A stretch of DNA of 64,000 nucleotides from Octopus vulgaris (taxonomy: Eukaryota): positions 36,642,001 to 36,706,000 of the forward strand of contig OX597832.1 of the NCBI GenBank assembly GCA_951406725.2, given 5' to 3'. The stretch's first letter is position 1. Every line of letters begins with the position of its first letter. Positions 1 to 12,654 of this stretch are shown piece after piece. The translations under genes were made by a program, and so were the position numbers. The notes beneath the pieces are model-generated. The model was not told the DNA's origin and did no database searches. It saw only the letters and a list, made by a program, of their open reading frames with translations.

Positions 1-197
1 GCTTTAATGGCAAGGAATACTGTGGTGGTTGGAGTGGCTGTGGCAGGGATGCGTACTGTAGTAATCATGATAGTTAAATTTATTTTCAAAGTTGCTGTTC
101 CTACTATTACTACTACCATTATTACCCCTATGGCAAATGAAAAAATATTTACTATTATTAGTATTATTATTATTATTATTACCATCATCATCATCAT

Positions 198-410
198 GGG
201 GGCAAGCTGGCAGGATCGTTAGCATGCTGAGTGAAATGCCTCATAGCATTTCTTCTGGTTCTATGTTTTGTGTTCAAATCTGCCGAAGTCAACTTTGCCT
301 TTCATCCTTTTAGAATCAATGAAATAAGTACCAGTTGTGCACTGGGGTCAATGTAATTGACTAGCCCCCTTCCCCCCAAATTTTCAAGGCCTTGTGCCTA
401 GAGTAGAAAT
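198..410 (+). mobile_element. tRNA-derived SINE family B
   Basis: Head ggcaagctggcaggatcgttagc, B-box gttcaaat, core actttgcctttcatcctt and tail ggccttgtgcctagagtagaa; more than 10 homologous copies in the window. Confidence 0.8.
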
Positions 411-824
411 AATAATTGTTATTATTATTAATTATCTTCTGTTTCCTACCATTCTTTATAACATCGGATCAAATGGAAGTTTTTTTCTTAATTTTCTTAT
501 TTTGTAAACCTTTTTATTCGTATATTTTTTTAAGGTTTTCCTTTTTACTTTGTGCCATTTGCTAATAGAAGATGGAAGAAAACCAGCATTACGTTCTTGA
601 TTCTTTCAAATATTTCAATATATATTTAGAACATTACTGTCTTGGAACACTGCAAAAAATAAAGAATTCCAATTTTGGTGAAATACATGGTTTTACATTC
701 CTTCTGCAATTTGTAAAACTTTCTCTGATAGTATATGATCCCAAGACCAAATGCATCAGCTTAATTTACTTTGATCTGTCCACACAGGTCTACTCGCTTC
801 TGTTCTGGGTTTTTTACATCAGAT

Positions 825-932
825 TCATTTGGAAATGGTTTTTTTTCTTTTAGTTGATTCTGTTTCTCTAACTTTGATAAACTGTAATTCAGTAACAGAT
901 GTAACAAAATCTTCATGAATTACTTTTATAAC
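825..932 (-). CDS. Candidate terminal coding exon (VIKVIHEDFVTSVTELQFIKVRETESTKRKKTISK*), unknown protein
   Basis: Acceptor atcccttcag|GTT, phase-0 open frame to TGA, AATAAA on minus strand at 513-518; non-repetitive sequence; no homology recognised. Confidence 0.3.
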   Translation of the reverse strand, partial: VIKVIHEDFVTSVTELQFIKVRETESTKRKKTISK

Positions 933-1069
933 CTGAAGGGATATTTTTTTAAAGTATAACAACAATGTACAAGTTTGCATCTCTTGAAAACCCAATGTGT
1001 GAGTAATATATGTAATGTTGATCAGTTTATGGTTGCACAAAAGTACTTGCTTCATTCATCTGTACACAC

Positions 1070-1560
1070 GTAACTGGTACTCCATCTGGTACAGCAATGA
1101 GGGTTCCAGATGATCCACTCAGCAGAACAGCATGCTCATGAAATTCATGAGCACTCCACAGACACGCACATACCCTTAACGCTTTAGCATTCTGATAATT
1201 CTATCTAATGTGTTACTTATTGGGTTCACCATGTTTGGAATGAATCCTGCCTTAATTGGTAGCTTTGACATTTCAGTGATGTGATTATTTATTTTTTTAG
1301 AGTGACACTCTAGGATGTATGAGAGGCTGAATCTGGCCAGTTTGAACTTAGAAGAGATAGAAAACTTGTGCCTGATCTGGCTGGTTTGGAATGCTAGAGA
1401 GTTAATATAGGGCTCAGAGAGATTCAATGTGACCCAATGTGACAAGGCTGACCTCTTTTACCAGCAACGTGAAATAAAATGTCTTGCTCAAGACACAACC
1501 AGGTATTGAACCCATACCTCATGATAGCGAACTGAATACCCAAACCACTAAGCCACGTGC
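1070..1560 (-). mobile_element. CORE-like tRNA SINE (family C) interrupted by a MITE
   Basis: Reverse complement matches the 22030-22264 copy (tggtttagggtattc...ttgagcaagacattttatttcacgttgct); split at TTAA by the 1176-1405 MITE. Confidence 0.7.
1176..1405. mobile_element. piggyBac-type MITE (TTAA target-site duplication)
   Basis: TTAA-cgctttagcatt ... aatgctagagag-TTAA; homologous to copies at 3490, 18166 and 62178. Confidence 0.75.
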
Positions 1561-1767
1561 ATTTACTATCCATATACACTTCAACAACTGCAGTTATTGT
1601 GTCTCCATTTGTTCATGAAATTTTGACCTTCGCTTCATAGTATTCTATTTCATTTATGAATCTGAAGCAGATATCCATCATGTGACTCGTTATAAAGCTT
1701 TATTTGGCCATCTTAATTTTCGTCTTAATTTCTCGCTTTTCTTTCAACTTCAGATGATGAGGATATC

Positions 1768-1798
<31 letters not shown>

Positions 1799-3489
1799 AT
1801 GAGTACTTGTGTATGTGTGCGTGTGCATTCACGTGTGTGCAGTCCATGAGTGTTCACCCTTCAATCACGTTTTATGGTCTTAATTCTTCAGTATTGGCTT
1901 CATGATTGATTTATTGATTATAAAGAGCAGTGAGGGTAAATCAGAAAGCATTCAGATCTTAAACCTTCAAACTTAGACTTCTCTGCCAATTATGGAACAA
2001 TTTCACCAATGTTTTCTCCTCCCATCCTGAAGAGAGAAATTTGTGCAAAGCTTACATGCAATGTTTGTCATTGAATTACATCCAAACCGATTGTCTCCCT
2101 CCACTCAGCCACTGCACCTGCACCCTTAATGGAATCTCCGCAGACACTGATTCCACCCTATCACTTATTGATCTTAACATGAACATACTAAACTCTTTAG
2201 TTATCTAACAAGTATTTCAGATTCTGATCTAATGGAAATGAAAGAATATTTCGTTAGACCAAACGGTCAGCCACCCACTCATCCCACTTCTCTTTCCCTT
2301 CCTCTCACTTCTCTTCTCCCTCCTTTGCTCTCCTCCAACCTGCAGCCCATTCAGTATATGTGTTACCCCACTATCTCCCCCCCCACTTTCTATTCTATAA
2401 TTATTTGTCGATCTCTGATCACCATCAAACTGTTTCTGTTTTCTGGGAAACATTTCTTTATGATTATCGTCATCATTACACCTCTAATGCTTCCAACACC
2501 ACTGACACATCCATGCCACCACCTCCTCCTCCGTGCCAAGTAAAATGCCCCCCCCACCTAACCCACCTCGTTCTGCAGTACCTCCTGATACATGCTGGGT
2601 CCAACCGTTATGACCATGCCCATCTCATGCCAATTTGGAAAGCTGATGTCAAATGATGATGATGGTCACACATTCACCACAATATATACACATATTCACA
2701 TTCATTCACCCCAGATACACACATGTACACAATAACACATATACACACATGCACATCCATACACACACTGACTCCATATACACAAACCTTATATACTCAC
2801 ATTATATGCAACTGCAGTGCTTACTCTGTGTATTTAACTGATGATAGTCTGATAATAGAAGAAATTGCTTAGAATTCCTCTGTCTTCACATTACTTTGTG
2901 TCTATAATTTTGTCATGCTGGGCATACTTCAGGTGATGGTTAAGTAACATACTAAATTTCACCTATACTGTATATATATATATACCCAGGCCTATTCCCC
3001 ATCTTTTAGTAGTAATTACCTATGGTAGTAATTATAATACACATAATAAAACTAGTAATGTTTCATTTGGGGATTTTGTTTGCAAGATTCTTTATATGAG
3101 TTTGTGTGTTGAAGCATATTCTGTTGTGTCTGGGGAGAGTCATTTTCTTTTTGTGCCTTATAATTTAACACATGCACTGGTAAAATTTCCACTTATTTCT
3201 TATTTTTATTTTCTTAAAATGTTTGTTGCGTCTTGCAACCTTTTCAATAGTCAACTAGTAATGGTTATTAAAATAAAATGAGATCACATCAGGCACAGGA
3301 AAGTCGTTAACTTGCAATGTTTAAAGTAAATTTACAGCTTTTGTCTTAATTCATTTTTTTTCTATCATATCACTGTTAAAAGCTTATGCATTCCATCTTT
3401 TAAGTAAAATTGGTGAATTATCCATGTTAAGTTAGTTTAATTGTGATACCTCAGTCGCCACTTTGTTGGGCACTAGGCATAACAACTAC

Positions 3490-3718
3490 TTAACCCTTTA
3501 GCATTTAATCCAGCCATATCTGGCCTATATATTCTCCTTATTTAATGTTCAAACTAGCCAGATCCAACCTCTTACACCTACCCAACAATGTCATTGTAAA
3601 ACTAAACAATCACACAATCAAAATTTTAAAGCTACAAGATAATGCATGATTTATTTAACACAATGTGAATAAATAAGCATTGCATTTTGACAGAATAATC
3701 TGAATGCTGAAGGGTTAG
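3490..3718. mobile_element. piggyBac-type MITE
   Basis: TTAA-CCCTTTAGCATT ... AATGCTGAAGGG-TTAG terminal inverted repeats, ~230 bp. Confidence 0.8.
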
Positions 3719-3856
3719 AGTGGCTGGGGGGGGGGGTAACAAAAAAAAAAGGGATTAAGAACCACTGGCCTAAATACTTAGAACAAAAAACTACCTAAGG
3801 TACCCAAAAGGCAGTATTGTTAGATAGGGTGGTACATGGAGCCTACCACCCCAAAC

Positions 3857-4086
3857 TGGTGGTTCTCAACCAGGGTCCACATAAGATTTCGTTGTTTATG
3901 TGCAATAGATTGGTTGTACTTTTACAATACATAAAATGTTTTAACCATTTTTTTATACATGTTGATAGTAATATTGAATCATAAAAATATAATAGGGTCT
4001 TTTTAAGCATCGAATGACTATGGGATCCACCTGAGTCAAATAGGAACCAAAGGGTTCCATAGGAAAAAGATGGTTGAGAACTACTG
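3857..4086. mobile_element. hAT (Charlie-like) MITE
   Basis: TIRs tggtggttctcaacc ... ggttgagaactactg; flanks ccccaaac/acctaaac fit a degenerate 8-bp TSD. Confidence 0.65.
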
Positions 4087-4879
4087 ACCTAAACTAAACA
4101 CAAGAACCAGTTAGTGGTGGCATTAAACTATGTGCTGTGTAAGATCTAAACACATCCGTGTGTGATGGTGTTTAACTGTGTGCTATATTTGATGTGCCAT
4201 CTAAACACATCCCAGTTAGTGGTATTAATGACAAGTTCTTTTATCAGAAGTTCACTTTTTTTTCTTTCTGATTTTCCTAAATTTGCAATCACAGGATTTT
4301 ATTCTTTGAATTAAATTTTACGTTTGATGGTTTCCTTAAATATTTATTTTTCTTATTACAACAAATTATTCAACATTTATTTATATTTATGTGACAGATT
4401 TACGAGCTTTTTTTTTAGACTTCTCTTTTATCTTCCTTATTAAATGTTTCTTTAATAATTAGGTTTCATTTTAATTTGTTTTACACATACACTGATACAC
4501 ACATGCAGGTACGTGTGTATGTGTATATATACTTTTGCATACACGTCACATACGTACACACACACACACGTATACACGTATACATAAATATGTATTGAAT
4601 TTTCCGCTTAGAAATTTAAATTAATTAGTGCTAATTTCCATGATAAGTTATTTGATATTCTAGTGCTAACCAATTCTAAAAGAATTTATTTATTCCATTA
4701 GTAGAACTCTTTCAATCAACCATCATTTGACATTATTATCTCTTAAATCATCTCAATTAGTTAGATGGAGAAGGAGAGATCTATAAGATATACCTTTCTC
4801 CAGGTGTTACTAAGTAATTTACCTTCCATATTATATTCAACAGATTGATCATTCATGCACTATCCATTTAATTTTATTT

Positions 4880-5277
4880 ATCTGTGTGTGTGTGTGTGTG
4901 TGTATGTGCACATGCATGCATATGCGTTCATATTTGTATGTGTGTGTGAATAATCATATGTGTCTGTATATGTGTGTGTGTGTGTGTGTATGTATATATG
5001 TATATATATATATATATATATGTTATATGTATATATATATATATATATATATGTATATGTATATATATATATATGTATGTATATGTATATATATATATAT
5101 GTATATATATGTATATGTATATATATGTATATGTATATATATGTATATGTATATATATGTATATGTATATATATGTATATGTATATATATGTATATGTAT
5201 ATATATATATATGTATATATATGTATATGTATATATATATATATGTATATATATGTATATGTATATATATGTATATG

Positions 5278-5308
<31 letters not shown>

Positions 5309-5411
5309 GATATATATATATATATATGTATATATATGTATATGTATATGTATATGTATATATATGTATAAGTATATATATGTATATGCATAGTATATAT
5401 ATATATATATA

Positions 5412-5456
<45 letters not shown>

Positions 5457-5626
5457 GTATATATGTATGTGTATATATGTATATATGTATATATGTATAT
5501 GTATATGTGTATATATGTATATATGTATATGTATATGTGTATATATGTATATATGTATATGTGTATATGTATATGTATATATGTATATGTATATGTATAT
5601 ATATATACATATATACATATATATAT
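4880..5626. repeat. Long compound (TG)n/(TA)n/(TATATG)n microsatellite
   Basis: Directly visible; explains all the I/Y/C/M-rich ORFs in this interval. Confidence 0.97.
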
Positions 5627-6039
5627 AAAACTAAAAACAAATCAGTGAACAGCAAAGCATAAAAAAGCTATGAGCCTGTTGAGAGGAAACCAGGAGAGGG
5701 AAGAAGACTGTGACAACTTATGCTATTATCAAACATCTATCTACTTTATCCATCTTAATAAAGTCAATTTTTTTCTCTCACATCTTTCATCCATTTATTG
5801 TAAAGGAAGTGTATTTACTGCTCATTGAAGATGATAATGCTTTTATTTCTGCTACTTACACCATTAATAAGGCTTCAGTTTTTTTTTTTATTTTTAACTT
5901 TCGGTTTTTTTTCTTCTTCTTTTGGCTCATGATTTGTTAGGTTTTTTTTGGTTTTTTGTTTTATTTTTCATATCATCCTTCCTTCTAAACTCTTGCCAAG
6001 AATATTCTTATAACAACAACAACTAATAATAATAATAAT

Positions 6040-6345
6040 ATTGATTTCAAATTTTGGCACAATGCCAGCAATTTTGTGGGACAGGGTAGGTCGATTACAT
6101 TTGGTGCCAGTACTCACGTGTTACTTTTAATAAACCTGGAAGGATGAAAGACAAAGTCAACTCAGAATGTAAAGCTAGAATAAATGCCACTAAGACTTTT
6201 GTCCACTTTATTTTATTGACTCTGAAAGGATGAAAGACAAAGTCAGCCCCTGTGGGATTTGAACTCTGAATGTAAGATGACTGAAATGCTGCTAAACATT
6301 TTGCCTGGCACAGTAAGGATTCTGTCAGCTCACCACCTTAAGGCC
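6040..6345 (-). mobile_element. SINE family B fragments
   Basis: Reverse complement of the family B core (aggatgaaagacaaagtc, tttgaactctgaa) following (AAT)n. Confidence 0.7.
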
Positions 6346-7381
6346 TGCAATTTTAACCCTTTAGCATTCAGACTAATTAGAGAAATGATCAAAAAGTATT
6401 CCAGGTATGGTCATCTTGTCTTTTTCTATGGGCAGTATCTAGAACTATAGATGCAGTAAGGGCATCTATTAGTTCACTTTGTAGTCATGAAGTTTTGGGT
6501 TCGATCTCATTGTATGACATGTTGGCCAAGTATCTTTTATGCTTATTTATTCACATTGTTTTGAATTATCTTGTGGCTTTGAGATTTTAATGGTGTGTTT
6601 GTATATTTTTGGGAGGACATTATAGGTTAGGTGTGAGAAGTTGTATCTGGTCAGTTTAAACATAAAACAGGTAGAACATTTAGGTTGGGTATGGATGGAT
6701 AAAAATGTTAAAAGGGTAAGGTAAAGGAGTAAGTTATTATTGACCACAGTACTTGACTGGTACTTTATTTAATCAGCTCTGAAAGAATGGAAGGCAAAGG
6801 TCACCTTAGCTGGATTTGAACTCAGAATGTATGGAGCTGGAACAAATACCAGAAAGTATTTCTTTTCTGATGCTCTAACAATTCTACCAACCTCCAACCT
6901 TTGAAAACCAAAGCTTATCTTGGTTGGATTTGAACTTAGAATGTAAAAAAAAAAAACCAGAATACATTTTTTATCCAGGCACTAGTTTAGCAATTTTGAG
7001 AGGAAAGGGGTTAGCTGATGCCCATCAACTCCATTTTCTAGGTTGGAACTTTATTTTATCAACCCTGAAAAGATACAGAACAAAGACTATAAAGAACTGA
7101 AACAAATATTGCTAAGCAATTTTTCTGATGCTCTATATGTTTTTGTTGTTGAAGATGATGATGGTGGTGGTGTTTTAAAACAGTTCAGAAGCAGGTATTA
7201 TAGGCCATCTGTCCCCCTTTTCTATAGATATAGTGCATCTACAATTACATTATCTAATGTGTCCTTCAGTCAAACTATAGCTAAATTGTTCAGTGTGTCT
7301 TTTTTATTTTTTTTTTCCATGCTAATGGAATATTTAGCCACTATTATAGCAGGTTAAATGATGACTTGGTGGTTTCCTTGT

Positions 7382-7560
7382 TTAATGATTTACTGGAATT
7401 TTAAACCGTTTAGCCAATCCAATATTAGATCTGGAACGTTTAATGGATCTCTTTCTGAATGACTTAACCATTTTACAAAAAGCAGAAGACACGTGCTTCT
7501 TCTGAAGTGTGAAATTGCCTGTCTTCGAGAAGCCAACCTCTCTTGGCACATGCAAAATTT
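7382..7560 (-). CDS. Candidate terminal coding exon of a small basic orphan protein
   Basis: Acceptor cattctctag|AA; 58 open codons (ILHVPREVGFSKTGNFTLQKKHVSSAFCKMVKSFRKRSIKRSRSNIGLAKRFKIPVNH*); phase 1 matches exon 9314-9425. Confidence 0.4.
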
Positions 7561-8008
7561 CTAGAGAATGCTTTTGTTAATCAATATTGTTCAATAACAA
7601 AAGATTTCAATAACAAAAGTGTCCTGAAACTCTGTTCTGAAGAATTCTTGATTACTTCAGTGCCACTTGAACAATTAACTAATCTCTCTTTATATCCACT
7701 TAAAACCATTGAGAAGCTACTCATAATGGTTTGTCATGTCGTTATTGTAATTATTCAGGTAAGAAGCCATTATTATTGCTGTTGTTGTTGTTGTTAACTG
7801 TAGCAAAATATGCAAACTACCAATGATTATTGTAGAAACCCAGTTTCACAGAGCAATTGTATTTTATTTGATTTTATGCAATCAATACACTTGAAAAATA
7901 TATGAACATCACCACATCCCATCCCATTACTTCACCTCTTTCATTGGCATAAATCTAGCAGCTTGTTTCTTGTCAATATATATTTATATATATATATATG
8001 TGTGTGTG

Positions 8009-8045
<37 letters not shown>

Positions 8046-8048
8046 ATG

Positions 8049-8097
<49 letters not shown>

Positions 8098-8099
8098 TA

Positions 8100-8305
8100 T
8101 ATTAAATTAAATTAGAGATAAAACCACTATTAGGCAAATCATACAATGAAAAACTTAAGCCAATACATAAGATTAATTAATTTATATTATTTTAAATATA
8201 TATCAAAATTATTCAAAAAGATAATTAGAATAATACTACGATCGTTTCATGGCTGTCCAATTCTTAAAATTTTGAGTTACAGTCATTCTTCAGGTGATTT
8301 AAATA
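8100..8305 (-). mobile_element. Penelope-like element terminal (pLTR) remnant
   Basis: Carries a minimal hammerhead motif typical of Penelope-like element pLTRs; abuts a (TA)n tract. Confidence 0.5.
8232..8299 (-). ncRNA. Minimal type-I hammerhead ribozyme (Penelope type)
   Basis: Minus strand reads aatcac-CTGAAGA-atgactgt..acagccat-GAAA-cgatcg-TA-gtatt: intact core, 7/8-bp stem II, palindromic stem III, GUA cleavage triplet. Confidence 0.65.
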
Positions 8306-8314
8306 TTTAACTGA

Positions 8315-8525
8315 GGGGGCAAGCTGGCAGAATCACTAGCATGCTGGACAAAATGCTTAGCAACATTTCATGTCTTTAGTTCTAAGTTCAAATTCCACTG
8401 AGGTTGACTTTGCCTTTCATCCTTTCAGGGACAATAAAATAAGCACCAGTTGAACACAGGAAAGGATACAATCAACTTAGCCCCACCCTCAAAATTACTG
8501 GCCTTGTGCCAAAATTTGAAGCCAT
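8315..8525 (+). mobile_element. SINE family B
   Basis: ggcaagctggcagaatcactagc ... ggccttgtgccaaaatttgaa. Confidence 0.8.
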
Positions 8526-9313
8526 TGATATTATCATTTCTATAAGATAGTGTATAACAGTAATGGTACAATACATTACTAAATGCCTTTTTGATATATG
8601 AATATGTCATGTTGTGTTCTGAAATCAAACCTGCTCTGTTTTTAGTAAGGATTTCAAATGATCAGCAAGTCCTTCTGTGCCTGATTCTGTGTTAGAAAAT
8701 TTGACTGTCTGACTGGAGTGGGGAAAAAATCCTATTTCAAATCTGTGTTAGTGGAGAAGTGAAATCCTGAATAAGAATGAATTATAACAAATTCTGTGTT
8801 ATTTAATTGTTAGAAATTTCAATACAACCCATTCACTACAAAGTGAAATTTTTCATTCTTGTATCAAAATATGATAGAGTACATGTTGCCGTATAATACT
8901 GATGCTACTTTTTTTGTTATTGTGGTTGCTGCTGCTTTCTTTTCTTTTATTACTGTTTTACACCCCCCCCCCCTGTCTGTTTTATTTTTTTCTTCCTTTT
9001 CCTTTTATGCTCCTTCATTTTGCACCAACCAAATTGGTGAGCTGTTAGCCATCACATTGTGGTTTCTAGTTTTTGCTATTCACAAAGTTATCATGTTATT
9101 ACAGGCTTTTTTTTTTACTTAAAAGCAAGTGCAAAAAGAAATAACTGCTATATTGGAGAACCAAATATTACAAGGAAATAAGGTGAACAATGGTGATTAA
9201 GCAAGTGTTTCCTTGTCTTTCTGTCTGAGACATGCAATCACAATACGATTTTCAGAGAATAGCGATCAAATATTGAGATACGCTACAGTTTTGTGTTAAC
9301 CTCAGTCACTTAC

Positions 9314-9425
9314 GGTGGCGATCAGAATGAACTCTCTCAGACTCCACTTTGCTTGGGTGAGTGGATGCCAATGATAGAAAGCGTTTGTGTTTTGATCTGA
9401 TCTCTTTGCTTTGATACATTAACTG
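9314..9425 (-). CDS. Candidate coding exon (MYQSKEIRSKHKRFLSLASTHPSKVESERVHSDRH), ATG at 9419
   Basis: Acceptor acattcag|CAG, strong donor ACC|gtaagt, only one of three frames open; ends phase 1. Confidence 0.4.
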
Positions 9426-9514
9426 CTGAATGTAGCACCAGTGATCCATCACAGACTTCACACAACCACCATATTACACCACCAGTGCTACATTTTCATA
9501 ATTTGAGAAAATAA

Positions 9515-9838
9515 CTGGCTTCCGTGCCAGTGGCACTTAAAAGGCACCATTCGAGCATGATTGTTACCAGCGTCGCCTTACTGGCACTTGAGCCCCGTGC
9601 TAGTAGGGTATTAAGAGCACCATCCAAGCGTGATCGTTGCCAGAGCAGCTATCTGGCCTCTGTGCTGGTGGCACGTAGAAGACACCATTCGAGCGTGATC
9701 GTTACCAGCATTGCCTTACTGGCACCTGTGCATGTGTAAAAGATTCGAGCGAGGTCGTTGCCAGTACCGCCTGACTGGCACGTAAAAGCACCCACTACAT
9801 TCTCGGAGTGGTTGGCATTAGGAAGGGCATCCAGCTGA
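9515..9838 (+). mobile_element. RTE-LINE 3'-UTR-derived repeat
   Basis: gtgccagtggcac..aaaagcacc units and ggagtggttggcattaggaagggcatccagctg, shared with the 3' UTR of the RTE at 23807-24602. Confidence 0.75.
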
Positions 9839-10689
9839 AAGTGCATTCAAAGAGTTCATCAGTTCCAGAACTCCAGATTTTTATATTACCAGAACAAACA
9901 AACTTGTAACTTGTTGGCAAAAATGTGTTGATTGTAATGGTACTTACTTTGGTGAATAAAATATCCACATTTTTTAAATATATTATGATGAATTTCACAT
10001 TTCAAAGCATTACTTACTTTTTACTCAGCCTGATGTGTATTCTGTGCAAAATCCTTTGTTTCCAACAGCAGAAACCTTAAATATGTTCTTACCTGATTCT
10101 ATTTTATTTATTTTTTTTTTTTACCCCAAATACTCCAACTTCAAACAAATGAAAGGCCTGGAATCACATTTATTTATTTTCGATTTTATACGACAATCTG
10201 TGAATGATAGAGATTGCTAAAGTAAGTACCAGACAAGAATAAATACTGGAGTTCATCAATGGAAAACCCATGAATGGTAGTGCTCCAGCATGGCTGCATT
10301 GCAATGGTTGAAACCATTAAAAAAAAAAACACATTTGTTGCTGTTGTTTTCTCTGACAGTTTTAAGCAGGTATAGTTCTTGTATAGTTCTTTTAATGAGA
10401 TTATTTTTAGACAGAGGTAATTAATATCTCTTTTTAATTAATAACAACATAAACTGTTTAATTAGCATAACTTGATAACATTTACATAATTTGTGTAGCT
10501 AAAATAACAATTAACCAGTTAGAATGTTTTTTGTTGAGAACGGATTTGTTTACTTAGCAGCTGGCTGTTGATTTCAATAGAACACCTTGTGTGGTTGTTT
10601 CTATGCAACCTCATACCACCACACCCCGTCGTTGGACGAGTATCCTTGTGTATTAGCAACCCTTACCTGTAGGTTTCATTATATGCAAT

Positions 10690-11450
10690 GATTTTCATCT
10701 TATTTCAGTCATTGGACTGTGACCATACTGGAGCACCACTTCCAAGGGTTTAGTTGGACAAATCAACCCTAGTACTTATTTTTAAGCCTGGAACTTATTC
10801 TGTCAGTCTCTTTTGCTGAACTGCTAAGTTATGAGGATGTAAACAAGCCAACACTGGTTGTCAGGTGTGTGTGTATGTATGTATTCATTCATATAAGGCA
10901 TTTGTTGTCCTGGGGCTATAGTAGAGGACACTTGCACAAAGTGCTATACAGTGGAACTTCACCTGAAACAATAGGGTTGTAAAGCTAACTTCGTAACCAC
11001 ACTGCCTTGCTTGTATATCTGTAAAGGCAAATCACAAATAATCTACACATACACACACACACAAATATATGTGTATATGTATAAAGATGTATATGTGTAT
11101 ATAGCTATATGTATGTATATGCAGGTGCGTGTGTGCATGTGTTTTATCTTTTACTTGTTTAGCCATTAGATTGTAGCCTTGCTGGAGCACCACCTTCTAG
11201 AGTTTTTAGCCGAAAGTATCAACCCTGGTACTTGCTCTAATTGTCTCTTTTGCCGACAGGTTAAGTTATAGGGATGTAAATGCACCAACACCAGTTGTCA
11301 AATGGTGGTGGGAGACACAGAAAGACACACACATATACAGTTTCTACCAAATCCAGTCACAAGGCTTTGGTTGGCCCAAGACTATTGAAGACACTTGCCC
11401 AAGGTGCCATGTGGTTAGGAAGCGAGCTTCTTACCACACAGCCATACCTG
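10690..11450 (-). mobile_element. Two SINE family A copies (~10690-11010 and ~11143-11450)
   Basis: Reverse complement of the family A head (ttgggcaagtgtcttc) and tail (ggtgctccagca..gactgaaa). Confidence 0.7.
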
Positions 11451-12401
11451 TTGTGCCTATATATGTAAAATTGAAATAATTATAGAAAACAAATTATTGA
11501 TATTTGAAATCCTTCATTACAGCTGTTCAACTGATCATATAAAATCCCATAACTTTATATTTAGACATTCATATTTCTTTACAAACCCATGCCATGAAAG
11601 TATTCGAACTATAAAGCCAACTTCAATAAACTATGCATATATATCATGGAATCATGACTAAACAGAAATATGAGATAGAGGGACAATGTTAAATCACGTT
11701 TTATATTTCACATACATTGTCTGGTAACAGGTTTTGTAACTGTGTAATTTTATGAAGTTCTGAAATTTTATTAGATTAGTGAAATGCTCATAATGAAGGA
11801 CTTAAAATAGCAATAATTTGTTTTAAGTAATTATTTCAGTTTTATGAGAAACTTCTGTGTTATAGCCTTAACTCCAAATATACAGTTACAGGTGCTGTGT
11901 GTGTGTATATATATATATATATACATATGTATATATAGTGTAATATTGGTGTAGGGGAATTTAATGTTGTTTCGATATAAAGCCCTAATTCATATATGTT
12001 GAAGCACATTATAAAGTGCTTCTGTGTGTGTGTGTGAGTGTTTATATTTATTTGTGTGTGTGTGTGTGTGTGTGTGCATGTATATATATGTATGTATATT
12101 TATCAATGATATATGTATCCTTTGTGTGTGTGTGTGTACACACTCACACACACGAGTTTACAAAAATGTATCTGCATGCATGCCTGTCTCTCTCTTGTCG
12201 AGGTGATTTCCTTGTTTAATTATCATTGGTTTTCTGTATTTCTCTATGATTTCGCTGCCTCTCTTCTTGTCGTTGTTTTTTATATCTACTGATTACATTC
12301 TTTTTTATCATAGATGTGACTGCACACACACACACACACACTCTCTCTCTCTCTCTCTCACCAAAAACAGACATTCCTCTTTCTCTCTTTCTCAATACAT
12401 A

Positions 12402-12444
<43 letters not shown>

Positions 12445-12446
<2 letters not shown>

Positions 12447-12654
12447 GTGCTGAAAAGTTCCTGGCTTTAAGGATCTTGCCAAAGGCCTGGTTAGAGGCTC
12501 AACATTCCAAGTTCTTTTACAGAGTTTAGAAAAACTGAAGGACTTCTGCAGTAAGTGTGTGAATCTGTGAGGAGGGGAATATGTTGAATAAAATCAGAAT
12601 TAACTGATCCTCCTCTATTTTCTTTTATCCAAAGCAAGGAACTTTTCAGCACCC
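12445..12654 (+). mobile_element. Mariner-derived MITE (internal deletion derivative)
   Basis: 24-bp TIR GGGTGCTGAAAAGTTCCTGGCTTT, 23/24 match; internal remnant resembling the mariner C-terminus (KCVNL..GEYVE*). Confidence 0.85.

Noticed and set aside
1956-2075. DLKPSNL kinase-like peptide after an AG
   Set aside because: No other kinase motifs, and the frame closes soon; a chance match.
4878-5662. Long ORFs up to 246 aa (I/Y/H/T/C/M-rich)
   Set aside because: These are translations of TA/TG microsatellites that lack stop codons; the same applies to similar ORFs at 13-21 kb, 29-30 kb, 35 kb and 58-60 kb.
10655-10690. Minus-strand CAG|GTAAGG, a possible recursive splice site
   Set aside because: No polypyrimidine tract, and it abuts a SINE tail.
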